This document shows positions 1 to 10,502 of a stretch of 64,000 nt of DNA, piece after piece. Source of the stretch: Phoronis australis (taxonomy: Eukaryota; Animalia; Phoronida); the NCBI GenBank assembly GCA_002633005.1, contig NMRA01000796.1, forward strand, positions 77,781-141,780, written 5' to 3'. The notes under the pieces were generated by a model. It did no database searches. It had not been told where the DNA came from and worked only from the letters and a program-made list of their open reading frames with translations. The first letter of the stretch is position 1, and each line of letters opens with the position of its first letter. The position numbers and the translations under genes were made by a program.

Positions 1-1307
1 GTCAAACGAACTAAATTACTTTTCAATTGTCGTTAAGTAGCCTATGCTGCGGTCTGGGCTTGGAGCCGTCAGTGGTAGCGATCACCGGTGGCAATTAGTC
101 AAACGAAATTTAATAACATATCTGACTGTATCCTGGGGTATCAGCATGAACTTGTCAACAATCAATCATTACAAATATAGACCAAAATGTAGCCTTTATA
201 TAGCGTTGTGGTCCCGGCGGCGCAACACCGGCGTACTACATGACGGTCTTTCAGTTCTAGCCGATTGAGGATACAACTGAAGAATAAAGGTGAAAAGCAC
301 GAAAAAGGATTGTAGACATGAATGTATTGAGTCGTAAAAATTGCTTGACAACTTTCCAGACTTTTAAGGGGTAATCCTTTCTTTTGGAGGAGATTGATTG
401 CGTTTAACGTACTTGACGTCAAGTATGTCAGCCGGGATTCCTTCAAGTTACTGTTGAAGTAAAACTTTGAAGAGAAAGTAATGTTTTTTGACAGCAAATA
501 GTGTCTGAGTGTTCTATGGAATTTGTGTGAAGTTATTAACGATCACTAATTCCAATTAAGAGTTTGCCACTCGATTTTCAAAAATATCTCTAGACCTATA
601 TATGTCAAAGTAGACCCCGCCGCGGCGTTGCAAGGCCTAGGCCAGAGGGGTTGGTGTCGAGCCAAGTTCCGTAATGGTTTTCTAACAATGAAAAGCACGA
701 CAAAGGTTATAGGCGTCGAAAATGTGAAAAAGCAGATGAAAAGATATAAGTTAGATGTGGAATCTAAATGTTTGATTCGTGGCGGGATCCAGTCGATGGT
801 GCTCGTCCCTCGCCCTGCCCGCGCGGCCGTGACTCATGCAGTTGCTTACTCTATTTCCTGTTCAAAACATTAAAATGAAGATTTTTGTAGGTCATAGTTA
901 TCTTGGCGCCTCATGAGGTCCTAATGATAACGTGTTCATAAAAATGAAATCTAATTTCGAAAAACCGTATTTGATAGAACCGTTCACATTTTTAACACAA
1001 TGGTAAACATTCGGATATCAACGGTACATTGCCACTTGGTAGGAGATATCTACTTGGTCTGCCAGGTCCGTCCGTGTAAGCCGACCAAGCTCACTTGGTC
1101 GGGTAGCCTACTTGGTCTGCACTAATGCTTCTCGAGTTACCAACTTAAGTTACTATTAGGAAGTTGCGTCCGAGAGAAGACGTTTTAAAATGCATCGAAC
1201 TCTTCTCTTTGGGAAGTCACGTATGTGTCGTTTATGTTTGCCAATTCCGGTTCCGGTTTTTGCAATATTTTGAGTTTTGTATAAATTTAGTCAATTTAGT
1301 GACCAGC

Positions 1308-1567
1308 ATGACAAGAAGATACTGTGTGTGCATGGGTTGCCCAAATAATCGAAGAGATGTGCCACGCAATGTAACTGTTCACAAGTTCCCTGACGATATT
1401 AAAATAGCGGAAAAATGGATCAAATTTGTCCTCCATAGGCGACCACATTTCGATGCCAAGTCGATTCAGAGCAAGGGCTGGTTTGGATTGTGTGACCTTC
1501 ATTTTGCAGATGACTGCGTGGATCCCCGAGTAAAACTCAAGATTGCTTCTGGGGTATTTCCTAATAT
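1308..1567 (+). CDS. THAP-domain / C2H2 zinc-finger protein, exon 1 (THAP core)
   Basis: ATG at 1308 gives MTRRYCVCMGCPNN...HKFPDD...EKWIKFV...LCDLHFADD, the THAP C-x4-C/P/W/C-x2-H-F signature. The exon ends at the GTAAGT donor at 1568 (phase 2). Confidence 0.9.
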
Positions 1568-1966
1568 GTAAGTTTCTTTAATGCGTGTGTATAGATAGGC
1601 AACACGGGCTGCAATACTGCACATCTGTTTCAAGTACGAATCGTGTAGAAAGTGGGTGAATCCACTTTTAAACACAGTGCTTGGTCATCAACTGTCATGT
1701 CATACCTGCTAATAAAGACTTCCCCCACTCTTTTCCAGTGAACTAGTTACGTGGTCTTGGTTGAAATTGGGAAGTTCAAAATAATGCACCAGCTTCATTC
1801 GAAATAAAAGTGAAGGAATTGATTCTTTTTATATTTTTCAAGTTGAATACGTACATTAGCTATGAAACTAGTTGTAATTGTTAAATTAAAATTATGTGAC
1901 AGATGCTAAAAGATGGGAAATAAAATCTTGGTGCTTGTGTCGAACTTGGGTCACATGTCTGTGTTC

Positions 1967-2219
1967 TGTTGTGATTTAATACACAGATTCTCGTGCAGCT
2001 TATCTTTACTCATATGAAAGCTTGAATACACGCTTGAGATGAAGATCCCCAAACGCAGACGTCCTGCGTGCCACACGAAGAGAAAGACCTCTCTTGATTC
2101 CCCAGTCATGTGACAATACTAGAACTTACAACATCCGGCCACTGACGGAAACCCACGGACGAACAAGAACACACAAGACAACACGAAAGACAAGACCACA
2201 CAAACCAACATTCACAACA
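1967..2219 (-). repeat. 3' LTR of gag-only element
   Basis: 253-bp direct repeat of 5105-5363 with TG...CA ends, adjacent to the PPT. Confidence 0.92.
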
Positions 2220-2514
2220 TTCCTCCCCTCCCTAAATAGAAGAATGATAAAAAAACACCACCCAACCTTTACTCCCCCCTTAACTAATGAAATAGTAAAA
2301 AAATGACCAATGTCTAATATACATTATGAAAAATTAAGAACTATACTACGAAAAATACTAGAGTAACTAAAACCTATGTGGCCGGATTTACAATAAAAAA
2401 ATAAACACTTCACAAAAGTACGTGACTGGGGATACTTGAAAAGTTGAAAAATACTAGAACTTTACAAGGTACATATGGTCAAAAAAATTAAACTTGTTAC
2501 AAGAAGAAGTTACT

Positions 2515-2518
<4 letters not shown>

Positions 2519-2562
<44 letters not shown>

Positions 2563-2577
2563 CATATACATACATAC

Positions 2578-2610
<33 letters not shown>

Positions 2611-2611
2611 A
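2519..2611. repeat. (TA)n/(TACA)n microsatellite inside the LTR element
   Basis: Direct reading. Confidence 0.95.
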
Positions 2612-2804
2612 TTTGGACCATATGAACAAGTAACGAACACAGAACACATAGTGCACAAGCAACAGCAAGGTAACACAGTAAGCTACTACGGAAAAGGTAA
2701 CACAGTAAGCTACTACGGAAAATTAACGGTGGACAGAACATGAGGCCTGCTGGTTGCGTGACCTCATGATTAATAATGAAAGAAAAATCAGGATCTGCGG
2801 ACTG

Positions 2805-4826
2805 TTAAGCTGAAATATTTAAAACATTTGGAGATGTTGTATTGTTATAAATAAAACAGCCATCAGGTTTCAGATCAAACTTTTCATTATCCGCACCATC
2901 TGAAGCAAAAATGCCGGACAGACCGAAATCTGTCTCTCCTAGGTCACTTGGAGAAAGTGACTGAGTAGCCAGCATAGGGTTGGAGTCAGGATTTGTAATC
3001 ACTTGCCTAGTTCCAACACATTTGTCTACTTTGGGAAGAAATGCAAGTGCACTCTTCTTAACCTTTATGGTCTCTGGAACGGACTCACCAATTGAAGCTG
3101 CAGGAGAGACACAGACGTTCCTAGTCACTGTATGAAATCGGGCTGAGACAGCCCCCCTGGAGTTAGTGGGACATTCTGTGAAACAGTAACTGCAACATCT
3201 TGAGTAATCAATGAGTCATATGCAATATTATCAACTGATGAGTCTGGAACTTCAATACAATCTACTGGATTAGATACAGTACTATCATCTTCAGTTGAAG
3301 GTACAGAGAACTCACCAGCAGTCTGAGTAGATGACTCAGCTGTCTTGGAAAGGAAAGCCTCAGTCGAACTAGTACGTTTCATGAATTTCTGAACCGATTT
3401 TTTCAAGAAACCTAACAGGCCAACTACTTTCTTACTGTCAGGGAGGTCAAAATTCATTCGATGAGCTGAAACATAATTCCAACAAGCCGACTGGTAATGA
3501 CCCAGCTTTCCACACCTGAAACACCTGGGAGGAGGATTAGAAGATCTTCCCGGAGATGAACTCAGTGAAACTCTTGGTGAAGATGGAGAAGGTCGCTTCG
3601 GCGACTGTCTGTAACATTGCAAACAACTTGTTAAAATTGTTTGATACTTCCCTCCGATTTTCTAAAAGGTCAGACTTCAACTCATCCATCTTCTTATGAA
3701 GCTTAGCATTGTCAGTCATAAGGAATGAAACCGAGGCATCTAAGTCATTACACATACCCTCAAGAACATCTAATCGAGACTCTAAGGAGCCACAAGGAAT
3801 GAACTTAAGAGCTGGCTTCTTGGTTACTTGGCGAACAGCAACTTCATCTTCTTCCATATTCCCTTCTCTACAAAAAGATACTGACTTCGGTGAATTGGAA
3901 ATAGCCATCAAGTCTTTGGTTGTTGAAAACCACCTAGCGGCATTCAAGGCAGCCATGAGTGTACTTGGTCGATTGTTTATAGCCAGCTGCGCAACCTCTC
4001 TATCCCGTAGACCTAAACAGAACCGAAGAACTGCCTGAGCTTCATCAGAGTCCCTCGCCTCTGGAAAGGCCAACAAGAATAAACTTGTAAGATGGTCAGC
4101 CCATTGTTCTAAGGACTCGTCAGAAGTCTGCTTGGCTGACTGGAACCTAAGTTGGTGCACTTCATTGCACTCGACATCTGCCCCAAAATGATAGGTCATA
4201 TGATCCACAATTTGGTCGAAACTTGAGTGTGGATGAGCTTTAATATGGTTGAAAAACTAACGAGAGGCATCACCTTCCAAGCACATGCCCAGCTCCGTTC
4301 TACATTTTTGACCTGACCAAAAATTGTCTCGGTCAACATTACTGAATTTCCATAGAGAGTCCTCCTATGTACCTAACTTGCCACTAAAGATTAGGTTGCG
4401 TGGGAGACGTGACAGGTAATGAGTGCCAGAGCCAGAGGGCGTAGGTGACATGCTAGTATGCGAATGAGTCTGTGCATAAGCAACGCCACTACCAGTCTGT
4501 GACGACGGAGTCCGTTTAGCTGCCAACTTGGAAAATGAATAGTCAGGGCTATAGGTAAGTATTGATGAGGTTTTCTTACCATATTCGTCACAAACCTCGA
4601 CTACTTCCTCCAAGTCTTCTGGCACACCACATGGGACTGTAAAGTCTATGGACTTCTGCAGAGTCGTGATTGGCTTTCAACTGGAATGTATCTTGCACAC
4701 ATTCTCCGGAGTAATAGCTAATATTGCTCTGAAGTCCACAACTGCAGCAGCAACATCAGTAGTCATACCCGGAAGGTCCAACAGTGTTGTAGCGTCACAA
4801 GAATTGATAACAATCTTGGACGTCAT
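2805..4826 (-). pseudogene. gag: Disrupted Gag (HhH-like N-terminus, capsid, coiled coil, CCHC knuckle)
   Basis: ATG at 4826 is in frame with ORFs 4365..4625 and 3537..4208, separated by in-frame stops. Capsid motifs LPRNLIFSG..*..KF...W...LGMCLEGDA and Q..DESLEQWADHL...RFCLGLRD. After a frameshift comes CFRCGKLGHYQSAC. No protease, RT or integrase motif before the PPT. Confidence 0.85.
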
Positions 4827-5104
4827 TAAAAGGTGCCAAAAATGGGTGTGGCACTAGGGAAATAATAAGTCTGCAAAGACTGAAATAGTAAATAATAATA
4901 CCATAAATTATATCAATAGCAATTATATTTACCAGACAAAAATGAAGAATGCAATAAACAAAACAGCTGAACACCCGTGTTCAGTGACCAACCCGCTACG
5001 ACACGGGTGGTACCGAGCAACAAGGAAAAACAAATCCACGAGTTACTTTGAACTACGTGCCACTCGGTGTAAAGGTAGAAACTGCACGTAGCAACTACGC
5101 CAAA

Positions 5105-5363
5105 TGTTGTGATTTAATACACAGGTTCTCGTGCAGCTTACCTTTACTCCTATGAAAGCTTGACTACACGCTTGAGATGAAGATCCACAAACTCAGACGT
5201 CCTGTGTGCAGCAGGGCCACACGAAGAGAGAGCTCTCCTGATTCCCCAGTCACGTGACAATACTAGAACTTACAACATCCGGCCAATGACGGAAACCCAC
5301 GGACGAACACGAACACACGAGACAACACGAAAGACGAGACCACACAAACCAACATTCACAACA
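5105..5363 (-). repeat. 5' LTR of gag-only element
   Basis: 259-bp direct repeat of 1967-2219, adjacent to the tRNA-Ser-like PBS. Confidence 0.92.
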
Positions 5364-7457
5364 TTTCCATTGAAGTGAATGTGTTACTCTTGTACATTGA
5401 CGTTAGGAGATTATGCAGCAATATCGGTTAAATTGGCCGCAAAGTAATTCCATTCCCTGAAAACCTGTTGTGTTGTTTTGTTGCCTTCAACCACATTACA
5501 GTCCATCGGTCCTTTTTGTTTACTATGCTTTGATTCCGGTAGTTTTTACCCAATGCTGGTACGTCTTGGACTATATTTTTCAAGTAAACCACATTCGATA
5601 CACTTGACCCATTTTTGGCACAATGAAGCACCTGAGACTTATGGTAAAATAAGTAATATTAGCTGACACCAATCGCGGTATGATGAGTATTTTCGCTATG
5701 AGGATAAATTTCTCTACAAAATCAACACATTTTGAACATTTAAATTGCTTGCATAAACATGGTTGCACTGAAAATTTCTGTTGCAGTTAGTTAATAACTC
5801 ATATTCGACATAACGATTGTACAAATTTCATTCTGTGTACTTTAAACGAGCGGTAGACCAAATCCGCTCACAGAATGAGAGGTTTTCACTTAGTCAAAAT
5901 ACATATTTACACTTAAAATTATCACTTCAAAAGCGCTTACTTTCTTCAGCAATCCTTTCTGGTTCTACTCATATCTTTGATGAAGCATATCTGCTGGAAT
6001 TAAGATGAATTTAACGAAGAATTTCAACTCCACTTTTTGGTCGCCGTTAACTTTTTCATCACGTGATAACCATAAAGTATTTCACCTGATGTCAGTACGT
6101 GAGTCAGGCAAGGACAAGCATGAGTGTGAGTGAAGTGCTTGACCTGTTGCGTGACACTTGCAAAAAACGTCATGGGAAGATATCAGGTGGAATTTGTTAG
6201 ATTTGTGTCCTTTGGACTTATAGTTTCTCAGCAGGCGTGATTTCATGAAACTTCCTGAAAGTGACACCTGGTGAGGGAAGCTCAAGCGAACGGCTACTGA
6301 TTTTCATGAATATATATGATATATGTTCAAATTATGTTGTAAAAATTGCCTCCAGGGTCATGGGATGTCTCCAAGGTAACAGTATGTCTCCATGTGCATG
6401 TTTCATCTGATTTTACTTGTTGTATTTTGAGATGAGTAAAGTTCTTTTTATGTGGGTGTACCGTCGCCCCTGTATGCCTCCAGCATTACAATGCGATGAA
6501 ATTGCGATGTGTATAGATGTCTGCTTGTAAAGCGCCAGTATAATAAGCTAACCAGCTTGCATTACAGCTTAAAAATTTAAAAACTGTCAAATTGTACTCA
6601 GTGAGAACTCAATCTGAATTCCTTTTCGTTTGATTTTGTTAAACTTGAAATTTTGGCTTGCTCACTCTAAATGGCATGGGCAGTTGCATTTTTGCTGAAG
6701 GTTTTGTTTGCAACTCTAGACTCTGGTTCAGGGGGTGACTGACTAACTTCCCTAGTGAACCTATAAAAAGTATTAGTTTTAACAAGTCTTTTCATTTTAG
6801 GAGAAAAATAATTGCTAAAATGGTCACTTTACTGGTTTTCAAGGGCAAGGTGTTGTTACAAATGAGGGTAGTGATACAGCACAAGGTTTGATGTGGCAGT
6901 CTGCTGCTTAGCAATGCGACCTCAAATTTGGTTTACTGACTTTGTAAATTCTGAATCTCGATTTTGCAAGTTGCAATTAAGTCAGAAGAATTAAGTCTGA
7001 CAAATAAAAATTCTGTGGTAATTCACTTTGAAGTGTGGGCTGACTTCAGACTTTCTTGAGATCAGTTGATCTGTCTCCCTCAGGATACCTTCGAGCACAC
7101 GCTTAGGCTACAACAGGAAGTAAACGGACAGGCATTGCAATTGTTCGAGAAAATACAGTAGGGCCCAACCATATGGATTTTTTGTTTTGGTGGCAGCCTG
7201 GGAATTTTGCCAGCTCTCATTTGGCGAACTGATGTTTGCTAAAGGTTGAGCCCTGCAGTATCAACCAAATATTTAAGTCAACTTTCCAAGTTTTTTTGTT
7301 TAGAAATTTGACTAAATAAAATTTAATACTCTGCTGTCACTTTGTGTCCTTAGTTGAAGAGATTTTACCATGCTAAGTGTTTTGAGAAGCGAATTTACAA
7401 TTTTGCCCACGTCATATGTTATATTCCTTGGATGTGAAATGTTACTTGCTGTTTCAG

Positions 7458-7572
7458 GCGGTCCAAGCTTGTTCCTTGTGCTGTGCCTACAATTTATCCA
7501 GACGTGAGTGGGGACAGTGATCTGTCAAAGGTCAGAAGAGACGCTGTAATAAACAAACTGAATAAAACAAGA
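7458..7572 (+). CDS. THAP/C2H2 gene exon 2 (AVPTI box that closes the THAP domain)
   Basis: TTTCAG acceptor ends at 7457. The phase-2 join gives M-RSKLVPCAVPTIYPDV..., the THAP AVPTIF box. GTAAGT donor at 7573 (phase 0). Confidence 0.88.
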
Positions 7573-8352
7573 GTAAGTGAATACATGTAAGGAAATGTCA
7601 CTGTTTGCTTTTAGAACTTTTAGAACAAAAATTCTGTTTCATTAGAGCTGTAAAGTGCCAATTAGTAACGTTAAAAAGTAATATTCTGGCACGGAGCGAG
7701 CCTATTCCCATCTGGTTGACTTCTTTATTGTTTTTGGCGTAGTAGTCGGATAGATGCCCGCATTTTGACAACCAGTCTTCTGCACTGAATATCGGCATCA
7801 GACTGGTTCTCAATATGTGGGCATGTTTTATCTGGTTATTGGCATTTTTGATACAGAATACATGTATAATAACCACTCAGGAATGGAGGCAGTTAGTTAC
7901 GAAGGTCACAGGCTGTGACGAGAATCACATCACCTACTGTTGTATTGATGAGCAAATCAGGGGAGGGGATCACAATCGATATTCCAACCCAGCTTTTACC
8001 AAATGGGCACCAGTTAATAATAATAATTTCTCTAACTAATAGTAGTAATTAAGTGACATAAGGTTCAAGCAGCATCTGTAAGCTAATCTTCCATGATCTC
8101 AATAAAAAATACTTACCATTTTGAAACTGAACTCAATTTTTGCTGAGTCAAATTGAGGTGATTTCAGGTTTTTGAAAGTACTCTGGAAGTTCATTATTGC
8201 TTGAGACCAATTTCTGAGGGGATTTTAGGGCAAGAGAAATGTTTAAGCACATTTTCATGAGAAAAATTTTCATGTGTTTATCATTCACTTAGTTATTTAG
8301 TAACTCATGAATCTGGAGTTTGAAATGGAGATTGTCTTTTATCATTTTGTAG

Positions 8353-8503
8353 ATCAAGCAAAAGCTGATAACGGAGATGAAAGCTTTGCAAAATCAGTTA
8401 AACTCCGACAATTCCACAGTGCGAGTCAAGAAAGAAATAGATGTTCCATGCTTACCAAAAGATGGCGTGTCATGTTCCAGTGAACTTTTGGTTGTTGATA
8501 CAA
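8353..8503 (+). CDS. THAP/C2H2 gene exon 3
   Basis: TTTTGTAG acceptor ends at 8352. Open in the frame of ORF 8377..8562 (IKQKLITEMKALQNQL...). GTAAGC donor at 8504 (phase 1). Confidence 0.8.
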
Positions 8504-10502
8504 GTAAGCTGACTTATTGTCTTGCATTTGCAAATTATAGTATTTGTTTGTTTGAAGGCTGACAGAATGTAACTTGAAAGTGTTGTTATGTTAAAATTTT
8601 ACCAATCTGGGACAACAATGATTGCAAAAACTCCCATTTTTTTCATTTTTCACCAGCTTCTAACATTAAATACACATAATTTTTCAAAATATTGTCTGAT
8701 GGTGGCTGTGATACAGAACTTGAACATGGTAAACCATTTATTTGGTGGTAGATATCTTTCAATGAAAAAGAGAATATGAAACTTTAAGGTTTTTGCAAAA
8801 CTTTTTAATAAATTTCACTTTGTCAAATTTCTCAATATTAAATTTTCTTAATTGTTGAAAGCATGGTTTGTGTAGTATTGTTGTCACCAAGGAAATATGA
8901 TAAATATTTTGCTGTTGTAGCAACATAGTAAGCCTAAGAATAATAGAAAAATTTAATTTTTGTCTCAAATTGAAGAATGTTTACCATTAGTTAATTAGCT
9001 TGAATATATTTTCCTTTGTCATGAGTAAACCAGTGGACAACAAATGCTTTTCACATTGTGAACTCAGTCAGGCTCTGATGTCAATGAAATATCCCTGATA
9101 GGTTATGTCTGAGCTGGTTGAAGGAAATAAAATTTTTGTTAAAACTGCTAAAAACATGACTTCTTTGAGAGAAACATACTTTAGACTTGGACAACTATCA
9201 CTATAAGACTGGTCACAAGGTTTTCCTTCCTCTGATTAAGAGCTTGGAACCAACTGACAACTGGTCACTGCTGAAGACCGTGCTTGGTGCAAAAATGATT
9301 CACAGTGCCATGCTGTATTATTGCGCATGGTCTCAGACAAAAGGGGACGATAATTTCTAAGCACAGAAATATCCTGTAACTTGGATTGAGACCCATTTCA
9401 TTGTGTAAGTAGTGGGAATAGAAATTTAGTTGTTTGACAGAGGCTAGATTCGTAGCAGCTTTGAAATACACTCTTGTAGTTGCCCAGTTGTGATGGCGAT
9501 TGTTCTGCAAAGCACCAATTCCCTGAAACCTGTGTAAGTTGCTGTCACATGATGTTGTCTAACACAGGCGCATTAACCCCCCTCCCTAAAGGACATTGGG
9601 CAAAGAAATGCTTGCTGCATCCACCAATACCCATTTTCTATTGAGTGTCGTATAAAATACTTTTGAATTGATGAAAAGTTCCTTGTATGATGTATAGTGA
9701 CATACTAGTAGTTTATACTAGTCAAGATTAAAAGTAGGTCAAACAATTCTTCAATAATTGTGGGACAGATTGTTGAAATTGGCATTTCCAAAAGTTTACC
9801 ACTGACTATGGTACCAGTGGTGCAAATCCTTACAAAATTTGCTTGGTGCTATAAAGTATTGACCATACTAATCTGGATGTATAAATACTTACACTTCAAG
9901 GTAACAATACCAACACTGAGGTTGAGAAAGTAAAAGTTAAGACTTATTTTTGTTGAGACTTTTTTGTTTTTACTGTAGGTGATGTGGCTTTAAAAATCTT
10001 GCATTACCCCTTGCCTAGAATAGTACAATAATACTTGGCTTTCCTCATCCAATTGCTGGTTCATGACATTGGCAATTGGCCCATTATGTTGCACTGGGCA
10101 CCAGCAGAAGTAATGAAGCACAATTTGTAGTAGCTATATGGACTAATCCTAGTTTTAAGTTATAAAAGTTACATTTCTTGTCCCATTTTCAGAATTCAAA
10201 AACCTAGTAACCACCTGGTGTAATTTTCACGAATATCAATTAAAAATGCAATTTTCGCCTCCTGTGTTAACAGCCATGTTTATGATGGTCAGTTTGGTGC
10301 TTGATTACACAAATTAATCCCCAGAGAAGGATAACATCAACTTACGTTGGATGGCTTCTCTAAAGATAGCAACGGGTTTTAAGTTTAGCAAAGTGGTCGA
10401 GTTGTCCTAAGTCGACCAGTGAGAGTGTCAGCATAGCATTCTTTTTCTTTTAACGTGTATCTTAACTTCATCCAACTATTGGTGTTTTGTCTTCTGTTAC
10501 AG

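Larger units (their letters stand above)
1967..5363 (-). mobile_element. Non-autonomous gag-only LTR retroelement in intron 1 of the THAP gene
   Basis: Direct repeats at 1967-2219 and 5105-5363 (about 14 substitutions and 2 indels) with TGTTGTGA...TCACAACA termini. Minus-strand PBS TGGCGTAGTTG just inside 5105 and PPT AGGGAGGGGAGGAA just inside 2219. Imperfect 4-bp TSD GTTC/TTTC. Confidence 0.92.

Noticed and set aside
162-497. 111-aa minus-strand ORF as a divergent gene
   Set aside because: No recognisable motif, a non-ATG start and no convincing splice partner.
2454-2741. 95-aa hydrophobic ORF as an env-like gene of the LTR element
   Set aside because: It is produced by the (TA)n microsatellite and a short tandem repeat.
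10487-10502. TTG start of the 724-aa ORF as a single-exon gene
   Set aside because: These bases are the intron polypyrimidine tract and acceptor; the frame is entered by splicing at 10503.
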